The notes beneath the pieces are model-generated. The model had not been told where the DNA came from, did not search any database, and was given only the letters and a program-made list of their open reading frames with translations. Of a DNA stretch of 64,000 nt, positions 1 to 12,600 are shown in pieces. This stretch comes from the human T2T-CHM13v2.0 reference genome, Homo sapiens: assembly GCF_009914755.1 (NCBI RefSeq), contig NC_060925.1. One strand, written 5' to 3'. A program made the position numbers and the translations under genes. The stretch's first letter is position 1. The number at the start of each line of letters is the position of its first letter.

Positions 1-78
1 TAACCTTTCTGTTCATAGAGCAGTTAGGAAACACTCTGTTTGTAAAGTCTGTAAGTGGATATTCTGACATCTTGTGGC

Positions 79-95
79 CTTCGTTGGAAACGGGA
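79..95 (+). promoter_or_regulatory. CENP-B box (first of about 188, one per 340-bp dimer)
   Basis: cttcgttggaaacggga matches YTTCGTTGGAARCGGGA and recurs at 420, 760, 1100 (ends in T in E dimers, core NTTCGNNNNANNCGGG intact), 1439 and onward. Confidence 0.97.
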
Positions 96-247
96 TTTCT
101 TCATATTCTGCTAGACAGAAGAATTCTCAGTAACTTCCTTGTGTTGTGTGTATTCAACTCACAGAGTTGAACGATCCTTTACACAGAGCAGACTTGAAAC
201 ACTCTTTTTGTGGAATTTGCAAGTGGAGATTTCAGCCGCTTTGAGGT

Positions 248-264
248 CAATGGTAGAAAAGGAA
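248..264 (+). promoter_or_regulatory. A-box / pJalpha-like site of the A-type monomer (first instance; alternates with CENP-B boxes)
   Basis: caatggtagaaaaggaa lies at the position equivalent to the CENP-B box in the alternate monomer and resembles the A-type consensus CTAYGGTGRAAAAGGAA. Confidence 0.75.
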
Positions 265-1141
265 ACTATCTTCATATAAAGACTAGACAGAATGATTCTC
301 AGAAAATCTTTTGTGATGTGTGCGTTCAACTCACAGAGTTTAACTTTTCTTCTCATAGAGCAGTTAGGAAACACTCTGTTTGTAAAGTCTGCAAGTGGAT
401 ATTCAGACCTCTTTGAGGCCTTCGTTGGAAACGGGATTTCTTCATATTCTGCTAGACAGAATAATTCTCAGTAACTTCCTTGTGTTGTGTGTATTCAACT
501 CACAGAATTGAACGATCCTTTACACAGAGCAGACTTGAAACATTCTTTTTGTGGAATTTGCAAGTGGAGATTTCAGCCGCTTTGAGGTCAATGGTAGAAT
601 AGGAAATATCTTCCTATAGAAACTAGACAGAACGATTCTCAGAAACTCCTTTGTGATGTGTGTGTTCAACTCACAGAGTTTAACCTTTCTTTTCATAGAG
701 CAGTTAGTAAACACTCTGTTTATAAAGTCTGCAAGTGGATATTCAGACCCCTTTGAGGCCTTCGTTGGAAACGGGATTTCTTCATATTATGCTAGACAGA
801 AGAATTCTCAGTAACTTCCTTGTGTTGTGTGTATTCAACTGACAGAGTTGAACTTTCATTTAGAGAGAGCAGATTTGAAACACTGTTTTTGTGGAATTTG
901 CAAGTGGAGATTTCAAGCGCTTTGGGGCCAAAGGCAGAAAAGGAAATAACTTCGTATAAAAACTAGACAGAATCATTCTCAGAAACTGCTGCGTGATGTG
1001 TGCGTTCAACTCTCAGAGTTTAACTTTTCTTTTCATTCAGCGGTTTGGAAACACTCTGTTTGTAAAGTCTGCACGTGGAAATTTTGACCACTTAGAGGCC
1101 TTCGTTGGAAACGGGTTTTTTTCATGTAAGGCTAGACAGAA

Positions 1142-4100
1142 GAATTCCCAGTAACTTCCTTGTGTTGTGTGCATTCAACTCACAAAGTTGAACGTTCCCT
1201 TAGACAGAGCAGATTTGAAACACTCTATTTGTGCAATTTGCAAGTGTAGTTTTCAAGCTCTTTATGGTCAACGGCAGAAAAGGAAATATCTTCGTTTCAA
1301 AACTAGACAGAATCATTCCCACAAACTGCGTTGTGATGTGTTCGTTCAACTCACAGAGTTTAACCTTTCTGTTCATAGAGCAGTTAGGAAACACTCTGTT
1401 TGTAAAGTCTGTAAGTGGATATTCTGACATCTTGTGGCCTTCGTTGGAAACGGGATTTCTTCATATTCTGCTAGACAGAAGAATTCTCAGTAACTTCCTT
1501 GTGTTGTGTGTATTCAACTCACAGAGTTGAACGATCCTTTACACAGAGCAGACTTGAAACACTCTTTTTGTGGAATTTGCAAGTGGAGATTTCAGCCGCT
1601 TTGAGGTCAATGGTAGAAAAGGAAACTATCTTCATATAAAGACTAGACAGAATGATTCTCAGAAAATCTTTTGTGATGTGTGCGTTCAACTCACAGAGTT
1701 TAACTTTTCTTCTCATAGAGCAGTTAGGAAACACTCTGTTTGTAAAGTCTGCAAGTGGATATTCAGACCTCTTTGAGGCCTTCGTTGGAAACGGGATTTC
1801 TTCATATTCTGCTAGACAGAAGAATTCTCAGTAACTTCCTTGTGTTGTGTGTATTCAACTCACAGAGTTGAAGGATCCTTTACAGAGAGCAGGCTTGAAA
1901 CACTCTTTTTGTCGAATTTGCAAGTGGAGATTTCAGCCGCTTTGAGGTCAATGGTAGAATAGGAAATATCTTCTTATAGAAACTAGACAGAATGATTCTC
2001 ATAAACTCCTTTGTGATGTGTGCGTTCAACTCACAGAGTTTAACCTTTCTTTTCATAGAGCAGTTAGGAAACACTCTGTTTGTAAAGTCTGCAAGTGGAT
2101 ATTCAGACCTCCTTGAGGCCTTCGTTGGAAACGGGATTTCTTCATATTCTGCTAGACAGAAGAATTCTCAGTAACTTCCTTGTGTTGTGTTTATTCAACT
2201 CACAGAGTTGAATGATCCTTTACACAGAGCAGACTTGAAACACTCTTTTTGTGGAATTTGCAAGTGGAGATTTCAGCCGCTTTGAGGTCAATGGTAGAAA
2301 AGTAAATATCTTCGTATAAAGACTAGACAGAATGATTCTCAGAAACTCCTTTGTGATGTGTGCGTTCAACTCACAGAGTTTAACCTTTCTGTTCATAGAG
2401 CAGTTAGGAAACACTCTGTTTGTAAAGTCTGCAAGTGGATATTCAGACCTCCTTGAGGCCTTCGTTGGAAACGGGATTTCTTCATATTCTGCTAGACAGA
2501 AGAATTCTCAGTAACTTCCTTGTGTTGTGTGTATTCAACTCACAGAGTTGAACGATCCTTTACACAGAGCAGACTTGAAACACTCTTTTTGTGGAATTTG
2601 CAAGAGGAGATTTCAGCCGCTTTGAGGTCAATAGTAGAAAAGGAAACATCTTCGTAGAAAAACTAGACAGAATGATTCTCAGAAACTCCTTTGTGATGTG
2701 TGTGTTCAACTCACAGAGTTTAACCTTTCTTTTCATAGAGCAGTTAGTAAACACTCTGTTTATAAAGTCTGCAAGTGGATATTCAGACCCCTTTGAGGCC
2801 TTCGTTGGAAACGGGATTTCTTCATATTATGCTAGACAGAAGAATTCTCAGTAACTTCCTTGTGTTGTGTGTATTCAACTGACAGAGTTGAACTTTCATT
2901 TGGAGAGAGCAGATTTGAAACACTGTTTTTGTGGAATTTGCAAGTGGAGATTTCAAGCGCTTTGGGGCCAAAGGCAGAAAAGGAAATATCTTCGTATAAA
3001 AACTAGACAGAATCATTCTCAGAAACTGCTGCGTGATGTGTGCGTTCAACTCTCAGAGTTTAACCTTTCTTTTCATTCAGCGGTTTGGAAACACTCTGTT
3101 TGTAAAGTCTGCACGTGGATATTTTGACCACTTAGAGGCCTTCGTTGGAAACGGGTTTTTTTCATGTAAGGCTAGACAGAAGAATTCCCAGTAACTTCCT
3201 TGTGTTGTGTGCATTCAACTCACAGAGTTGAACGTTCCCTTAGACAGAGCAGATTTGAAACACTCTATTTGTGCAATTTGCAAGTGTAGTTTTCAAGCTC
3301 TTTAAGGTCAACGGCAGAAAAGGAAATATCTTCGTTTCAAAACTAGACAGAATCATTCCCACAAACTGCGTTGTGATGTGTTCGTTCAACTCACAGAGTT
3401 TAACCTTTCTGTTCATAGAGCAGTTAGGAAACACTCTGTTTGTAAAGTCTGTAAGTGGATATTCTGACATCTTGTGGCCTTCGTTGGAAACGGGATTTCT
3501 TCATATTCTGCTAGACAGAAGAATTCTCAGTAACTTCCTTGTGTTGTGTGTATTCAACTCACAGAGTTGAACGATCCTTTACACAGAGCAGACTTGAAAC
3601 ACTCTTTTTGTGGAATTTGCAAGTGGAGATTTCAGCCGCTTTGAGGTCAATGGTAGAAAAGGAAACTATCTTCATATAAAGACTAGACAGAATGATTCTC
3701 AGAAAATCTTTTGTGATGTGTGCGTTCAACTCACAGAGTTTAACTTTTCTTCTCATAGAGCAGTTAGGAAACACTCTGTTTGTAAAGTCTGCAAGTGGAT
3801 ATTCAGACCTGTTTGAGGCCTTCGTTAGAAACGGGATTTCTTCATATTCTGCTAGACAGAAGAATTCTCAGTAACTTCCTTGTGTTGTGTGTATTCAACT
3901 CACAGAGTTGAAGGATCCTTTACAGAGAGCAGGCTTGAAACACTCTTTTTTGTCGAATTTGCAAGTGGAGATTTCAGCCGCTTTGAGGTCAATGGTAGAA
4001 TAGGAAATATCTTCTTATAGAAACTAGACAGAATGATTCTCATAAACTCCTTTGTGATGTGTGTGTTCAACTCACAGAGTTTAACCTTTCTTTTCATAGA

Positions 4101-7100
4101 GCAGTTAGGAAACACTCTGTTTGTAAAGTCTGCAAGTGGATATTCAGACCTCCTTGAGGCCTTCGTTGGAAACGGGATTTCTTCATATTCTGCTAGACAG
4201 AAGAATTCTCAGTAACTTCCTTGTGTTGTGTTTATTCAACTCACAGAGTTGAATGATCCTTTACACAGAGCAGACTTGAAACACTCTTTTTGTGGAATTT
4301 GCAAGTGGAGATTTCAGCCGCTTTGAGGTCAATGGTAGAAAAGTTAATATCTTCGTATAAAGACTAGACAGAATGATTCTCAGAAACTCCTTTGTGATGT
4401 GTGCGTTCAACTCACAGAGTTTAACCTTTCTGTTCATAGAGCAGTTAGGAAACACTCTGTTTGTAAAGTCTGCAAGTGGATATTCAGACCTCCTTGAGGC
4501 CTTCGTTGGAAACGGGATTTCTTCATATTCTGCTAGACAGAAGAATTCTCAGTAACTTCCTTGTGTTGTGTGTATTCAACTCACAGAGTTGAACGATCCT
4601 TTACACAGAGCAGACTTGAAACACTCTTTTTGTGGAATTTGCAAGAGGAGATTTCAGCCGCTTTGAGGTCAATAGTAGAAAAGGAAACATCTTCGTAGAA
4701 AAACTAGACAGAATGATTCTCAGAAACTCCTTTGTGATGTGTGTGTTCAACTCACAGAGTTTAACCTTTCTTTTCATAGAGCAGTTAGTAAACACTCTGT
4801 TTATAAAGTCTGCAAGTGGATATTCAGACCCCTTTGAGGCCTTCGTTGGAAACGGGATTTCTTCATATTATGCTAGACAGAAGAATTCTCAGTAACTTCC
4901 TTGTGTTGTGTGTATTCAACTGACAGAGTTGAACTTTCATTTGGAGAGAGCAGATTTGAAACACTGTTTTTGTGGAATTTGCAAGTGGAGATTTCAAGCG
5001 CTTTGGGGCCAAAGGCAGAAAAGGAAATATCTTCGTATAAAAACTAGACAGAATCATTCTCAGAAACTGCTGCGTGATGTGTGCGTTCAACTCTCAGAGT
5101 TTAACTTTTCTTTTCATTCAGCGGTTTGGAAACACTCTGTTTGTAAAGTCTGCACGTGGATATTTTGACCACTTAGAGGCCTTCGTTGGAAACGGGTTTT
5201 TTTCATGTAAGGCTAGACAGAAGAATTCCCAGTAACTTCCTTGTGTTGTGTGCATTCAACTCACAGAGTTGAACGTTCCCTTAGACAGAGGAGATTTGAA
5301 ACACTCTATTTGTGCAATTTGCAAGTGTAGTTTTGAAGCTCTTTAAGGTCAACGGCAGAAAAGGAAATATCTTCGTTTCAAAACTAGACAGAATCATTCC
5401 CACAAACTGCGTTGTGATGTGTTCGTTCAACTCACAGAGTTTAACCTTTCTGTTCATAGAGCAGTTAGGAAACACTCTGTTTGTAAAGTCTGTAAGTGGA
5501 TATTCTGACATCTTGTGGCCTTCGTTGGAAACGGGATTTCTTCATATTCTGCTAGACAGAAGAATTCTCAGTAACTTCCTTGTGTTGTGTGTATTCAACT
5601 CACAGAGTTGAACGATCCTTTACACAGAGCAGACTTGAAACACTCTTTTTGTGGAATTTGCAAGTGGAGATTTCAGCCGCTTTGACGTCAATGGTAGAAA
5701 AGGAAACTATCTTCATATAAAGACTAGACAGAATGATTCTCAGAAAATCTTTTGTGATGTGTGCGTTCAACTCACAGAGTTTAACTTTTCTTCTCACAGA
5801 GCAGTTAGGAAACACTCTGTTTGTAAAGTCTGCAAGTGGATATTCAGACCTCTTTGAGGTCTTCGTTGGAAACGGGATTTCTTCATATTCTGCTAGACAG
5901 AAGAATTCTCAGTAACTTCCTTGTGTTGTGTGTATTCAACTCACAGAGTTGAAGGATCCTTTACAGAGAGCAGGCTTGAAACACTCTTTTTGTCGAATTT
6001 GCAAGTGGAGATTTCAGCCGCTTTGAGGTCAATGGTAGAATAGGAAATATCTTCTTATAGAAACTAGACAGAATGATTCTCATAAACACCTTTGGATGTG
6101 TGCGTTCAACTCACAGAGTTTAACCTTTCTTTTCATAGAGCAGTTAGGAAACACTCTGTTTGAAAAGTCTGCAAGTGGATATTCAGACCTCCTTGAGGCC
6201 TTCGTTGGAAACGGGATTTCTTCATATTCTGCTAGACAGAAGAATTCTCAGTAACTTCCTTGTGTTGTGTTTATTCAACTCACAGAGTTGAATGATCCTT
6301 TACACAGAGCAGACTTGAAACACTCTTTTTGTGGAATTTGCAAGTGGAGATTTCAGCCGCTTGGAGGTCAATGGTAGAAAAGTAAATATCTTCGTATAAA
6401 GACTAGACAGAATGATTCTCAGAAACTCCTTTGTGATGTGTGCGTTCAACTCACAGAGTTTAACCTTTCTGTTCATAGAGCAGTTAGGAAACACTCTGTT
6501 TGTAAAGTCTGCAAGTGGATATTCAGACCTCCTTGAGGCCTTCGTTGGAAACGGGATTTCTTCATATTCTGCTAGACAGAAGAATTCTCAGTAACTTCCT
6601 TGTGTTGTGTGTATTCAACTCACAGAGTTGAACGATCCTTTACACAGAGCAGACTTGAAACACTCTTTTTGTGGAATTTGCAAGAGGAGATTTCAGCCGC
6701 TTTGAGGTCAATAGTAGAAAAGGAAATATCTTCGTAGAAAAACTAGACAGAATGATTCTCAGAAACTCCTTTGTGATGTGTGTGTTCAACTCACAGAGTT
6801 TAACCTTTCTTTTCATAGAGCAGTTAGTAAACACTCTGTTTATAAAGTCTGCAAGTGGATATTCAGACCCCTTTGAGGCCTTCGTTGGAAACGGGATTTC
6901 TTCATATTATGCTAGACAGAAGAATTCTCAGTAACTTCCTTGTGTTGTGTGTATTCAACTGACAGAGTTGAACTTTCATTTAGAGAGAGCAGATTTGAAA
7001 CACTGTTTTTGTGGAATTTGCAAGTGGAGATTTCAAGTGCTTTGAGGCCAAAGGCAGAAAAGGAAATATCTTCGTATAAAAACTAGACAGAATCATTCTC

Positions 7101-7261
7101 AGAAACTGCTGCGTGATGTGTGCGTTCAACTCTCAGAGTTTAACTTTTCTTTTCATTCAGCGGTTTGGAAACACTCTGTTTGTAAAGTCTGCACGTGGAT
7201 ATTTTGACCACTTAGAGGCCTTCGTTGGAAACGGGTTTTTTTCATGTAAGGCTAGACAGAA
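1142..7261 (+). repeat. Three canonical 12-mer HOR units (F-A-B-C-D-E; 2040, 2041, 2039 bp)
   Basis: F dimer (gaattcccag...aacgttcccttagac...ctgacatcttgtgg) starts at 1142, 3182, 5223, 7262. One BamHI-bearing B dimer (aaggatcc, e.g. 1873) per unit. Confidence 0.9.
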
Positions 7262-9641
7262 GAATTCCCAGTAACTTCCTTGTGTTGTGTGCATTCAACT
7301 CACAGAGTTGAACGTTCCCTTAGACAGAGCAGATTTGAAACACTCTATTTGTGCAATTTGCAAGTGTAGATTTCAAGCGCTTTAAGGTCAACGGCAGAAA
7401 AGGAAATATCTTCGTTTCAAAACTAGACAGAATCATTCCCACAAACTGCGTTGTGATGTGTTCGTTCAACTCACAGAGTTTAACCTTTCTGTTCATAGAG
7501 CAGTTAGGAAACACTCTGTTTGTAAAGTCTGTAAGTGGATATTCTGACATCTTGTGGCCTTCGTTGGAAACGGGATTTCTTCATATTCTGCTAGACAGAA
7601 GAATTCTCAGTAACTTCCTTGTGTTGTGTGTATTCAACTCACAGAGTTGAACGATCCTTTACACAGAGCAGACTTGAAACACTCTTTTTGTGGAATTTGC
7701 AAGTGGAGATTTCAGCCGCTTTGAGGTCAATGGTAGAAAAGGAAACTATCTTCATATAAAGACTAGACAGAATGATTCTCAGAAAATCTTTTGTGATGTG
7801 TGCGTTCAACTCACAGAGTTTAACTTTTCTTCTCATAGAGCAGTTAGGAAACACTCTGTTTGTAAAGTCTGCAAGTGGATATTCAGACCTCTTTGAGGCC
7901 TTCGTTGGAAACGGGATTTCTTCATATTATGCTAGACAGAATAATTCTCAGTAACTTCCTTGTGTTGTGTGTATTCAACTCACAGAGTTGAAGGATCCTT
8001 TACAGAGAGCAGGCTTGAAACACTCTTTTTGTCGAATTTGCAAGTGGAGATTTCAGCCGCTTTGAGGTCAATGGTAGAATAGGAAATATCTTCTTATAGA
8101 AACTAGACAGAATGATTCTCATGAACTCCTTTGTGATGTGTGCGTTCAACTCACAGAGTTTAACCTTTCTTTTCATAGAGCAGTTAGGAAACACTCTGTT
8201 TGTAAAGTCTGCAAGTGGATATTCAGACCTCCTTGAGGCCTTCGTTGGAAACGGGATTTCATCATATTCTGCTAGACAGAAGAATTCTCAGTAACTTCCT
8301 TGTGTTGTGTTTATTCAACTCACAGAGTTGAATGATTCTTTACACAGAGCAGACTTGAAACACTCTTTTTGTGGAATTTGCAAGTGGAGATTTCAGCCGC
8401 TTTGAGGTCAATGGTAGAAAAGTAAATATCTTCGTATAAAGACTAGACAGAATGATTCTCAGAAACTCCTTTGTGATGTGTGCGTTCAACTCACAGAGTT
8501 TAACCTTTCTGTTCATAGAGCAGTTAGGAAACACTCTGTTTGTAAAGTCTGCAAGTGGATATTCAGACCTCCTTGAGGCCTTCGTTGGAAACGGGATTTC
8601 TTCATATTCTGCTAGACAGAAGAATTCTCAGTAACTTCCTTGTGTTGTGTGTATTCAACTCACAGAGTTGAACGATCCTTTACACAGAGCAGACTTGAAA
8701 CACTCTTTTTGTGGAATTTGCAAGTGGAGATTTCAGCCGCTTTGAGGTCAATGGTAGAAAAGGAAATATCTTCCTATAAAGACTAGACAGAATGATTCTC
8801 AGAAACTCCTTTGTGATGTGTGCGTTCAACTCACAGAGTTTAACCTTTCTTTTCATAGAGCAGTTAGGAAACACTCTGTTTGTAAAGTCTGCAAGTGGAT
8901 ATTCAGACCTCTTTGAGGCCTTCGTTGGAAACGGGATTTCTTCCTATTCTGCTAGACAGAAGAATTCTCAGTAACTTCCTTGTGTTGTGTGTATTCAACT
9001 CACAGAGTTGAACGATCCTTTACACAGAGCAGACTTGAAACACTCTTTTTGTGGAATTTGCAAGTGGAGATTTCAGCCGCTTTGAGGTCAATAGTAGAAA
9101 AGGAAATATCTTCGTAGAAAAACTAGACAGAATGATTCTCAGAAACTCCTTTGTGATGTGTGTGTTCAACTCACAGAGTTTAACCTTTCTTTTCATAGAG
9201 CAGTTAGTAAACACTCTGTTTATAAAGTCTGCAAGTGGATATTCAGACCCCTTTGAGGCCTTCGTTGGAAACGGGATTTCTTCATATTATGCTAGACAGA
9301 AGAATTCTCAGTAACTTCCTTGTGTTGTGTGTATTCAACTGACAGAGTTGAACTTTCATTTAGAGAGAGCAGATTTGAAACACTGTTTTTGTGGAATTTG
9401 CAAGTGGAGATTTCAAGCGCTTTGGGGCCAAAGGCAGAAAAGGAAATATCTTCGTATAAAAACTAGACAGAATCATTCTCAGAAACTGCTGCGTGATGTG
9501 TGCGTTCAACTCTCAGAGTTTAACTTTTCTTTTCATTCAGCGGTTTGGAAACACTCTGTTTGTAAAGTCTGCACGTGGATATTTTGACCACTTAGAGGCC
9601 TTCGTTGGAAACGGGTTTTTTTCATGTAAGGCTAGACAGAA
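7262..9641 (+). repeat. 14-mer HOR variant (F-A-B-C-H-D-E, 2380 bp)
   Basis: F starts at 7262 and 9642, with an extra dimer carrying cttcctataaagac. The same layout occurs at 44312-46691 and 61312-63691. Confidence 0.88.
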
Positions 9642-12600
9642 GAATTCCCAGTAACTTCCTTGTGTTGTGTGCATTCAACTCACAGAGTTGAACGTTCCCT
9701 TAGACAGAGCAGATTTGAAACACTCTATTTGTGCAATTTGCAAGTGTAGATTTCAAGCGCTTTAAGGTCAACGGCAGAAAAGGAAATATCTTCGTTTCAA
9801 AACTAGACAGAATCATTCCCACAAACTGCCTTGTGATGTGTTCGTTCAACTCACAGAGTTTAACCTTTCTGTTCATAGAGCAGTTAGGAAACACTCTGTT
9901 TGTAAAGTCTGTAAGTGGATATTCTGACATCTTGTGGCCTTCGTTGGAAACGGGATTTCTTCATATTCTGCTAGACAGAAGAATTCTCAGTAACTTCCTT
10001 GTGTTGTGTGTATTCAACTCACAGAGTTGAATGATCCTTTACACAGAGCAGACTAGAAACACTCTTTTTGTGGAATTTGCAAGTGGAGATTTCAGCCGCT
10101 TTGAGGTCAATGGTAGAAAAGGAAACTATCTTCATATAAAGACTAGACAGAATGATTCTCAGAAAATCTTTTGTGATGTGTGCGTTCAACTCACAGAGTT
10201 TAACTTTTCTTCTCATAGAGCAGTTAGGAAACACTCTGTTTGTAAAGTCTGCAAGTGGATATTCAGACCTCTTTGAGGCCTTCGTTGGAAACGGGATTTC
10301 TTCATATTATGCTAGACAGAATAATTCTCAGTAACTTCCTTGTGTTGTGTGTATTCAACTCACAGAGTTGAAGGATCCTTTACAGAGAGCAGGCTTGAAA
10401 CACTCTTTTTGTCGAATTTGCAAGTGGAGATTTCAGCCGCTTTGAGGTCAATGGTAGAATAGGAAATATCTTCTTATAGAAACTAGACAGAATGATTCTC
10501 ATAAACTCCTTTGTGATGTGTGCGTTCAACTCACAGAGTTTAACCTTTCTTTTCATAGAGCAGTTAGGAAACACTCTGTTTGTAAAGTCTGCAAGTGGAT
10601 ATTCAGACCTCCTTGAGGCCTTCGTTGGAAACGGGATTTCTTCATATTCTGCTAGACAGAAGAATTCTCAGTAACTTCCTTGTGTTGTGTTTATTCAACT
10701 CACAGAGTTGAATGATCCTCTACACAGAGCAGACTTGAAACACTCTTTTTGTGGAATTTGCAAGTGGAGATTTCAGCCGCTTTGAAGTCAATGGTAGAAA
10801 AGTAAATATCTTCGTATAAAGACTAGACAGAATGATTCTCAGAAACTCCTTTGTGATGTGTGCGTTCAACTCACAGAGTTTAACCTTTCTGTTCATAGAG
10901 CAGTTAGGAAACACTCTGTTTGTAAAGTCTGTAAGTGGATATTCAGACCTCCTTGAGGCCTTCGTTGGAAACGGGATTTCTTCATATTCTGCTAGACAGA
11001 AGAATTCTCAGTAACTTCCTTGTGTTGTGTGTATTCAACTCACAGAGCTGAACGATCCTTTACACAGAGCAGACTTGAAACACTCTTTTTGTGGAATTTG
11101 CAAGTGGAGATTTCAGCCGCTTTGAGGTCAATGGTAGAAAAGGAAATATCTTCGTATAAAGACTAGACAGAATGATTCTCATAAACTCCTTTGTGATGTG
11201 TGCGTTCAACTCACAGAGTTTAACTTTTCTTTTCATAGAGCAGTTAGGAAACACTCTGTTTGTAAAGTCTGCAAGTGGATATTCAGACCTCTTTGAGGCC
11301 TTCGTTGGAAACGGGATTTCTTCATATTATGCTAGACAGAATAATTCTCAGTAACTTCCTTGTTTTGTGTGTATTCAACTCACAGAGTTGAACGATCCTT
11401 TACACAGAGCAGACTTGAAACATTCTTTTTCTGGAATTTGCAAGTGGAGATTTCAGCCGCTTTGAGGTCAATGGTAGAATAGGAAATATCTTCCTATAGA
11501 AACTAGACAGAACGATTCTCAGAAACTCCTTTGTGATGTGTGCGTTCAACTCACAGAGTTTAACCTTTCTTTTCATAGAGCAGTTAGGAAACACTCTGTT
11601 TGTAAAGTCTGCAAGTGGATATTCAGACCTCTTTGAGGCCTTCGTTGGAAACGGGATTTCTTCCTATTCTGCTAGACAGAAGAATTCCCAGTAACTTCCT
11701 TGTGTTGTGTGCATTCAACTCACAGAGTTGAACGTTCCCTTAGACAGAGCAGATTTGAAACACTCTATTTGTGAAATTTCCAAGTGTAGATTTCAAGCGC
11801 TTTAAGGTCAACGGCAGAAAAGGAAATATCTTCGTTTCAAAACTAGACAATCATTCCCACAAACTGCGTTGTGATGTGTACGTTCAACTCACAGAGTTTA
11901 ACCTTTCTGTTCATAGAGCAGTTAGGAAACACTCTGTTTGTAAAGTCTGTAAGTGGATATTCTGACATCTTGTGGCCTTCGTTGGAAACGGGATTTCTTC
12001 ATATTCTGCTAGACAGAAGAATTCTCAGTAACTTCCTTGTGTTGTGTGTATTCAACTCACAGAGTTGAACGATCCTTTACAGAGAGCAGACTTGAAACAC
12101 TCTTTTTGTGGAATTTGCAAGTGGAGATTTCAGCCGCTTTGAGGTCAATGGTAGAAAAGTAAATATCTTCGTATAAAGACTAGACAGAATGATTCTCAGA
12201 AACTCCTTTGTGATGTGTGCGTTCAACTCACAGAGTTTAACCTTTCTGTTCATAGAGCAGTTAGGAAACACTCTGTTTGTAAAGTCTGCAAGTGGATATT
12301 CAGACCTCCTTGAGGCCTTCGTTGGAAACGGGATTTCTTCATATTCTGCTAGACAGAAGAATTCTCAGTAACTTCCTTGTGTTGTGTGTATTCAACTCAC
12401 AGAGTTGAACGATCCTTTACACAGAGCAGACTTGAAACACTCTTTTTGTGGAATTTGCAAGTGGAGATTTCAGCCGCTTTGAGGTCAATGGTAGAAAAGG
12501 AAATATCTTCCTATAAAGACTAGACAGAATGATTCTCAGAAACTCCTTTGTGATGTGTGCGTTCAACTCACAGAGTTTAACCTTTCTTTTCATAGAGCAG

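Noticed and set aside
1072-1077. CACGTG E-box in E dimers
   Set aside because: A single 6-bp motif propagated by repeat amplification, with no sequence evidence of a regulatory role.
3820-3836. Variant CENP-B box cttcgttagaaacggga, and E-dimer boxes ending in T
   Set aside because: The changes lie outside the core NTTCGNNNNANNCGGG positions, so they are not counted as disrupted.
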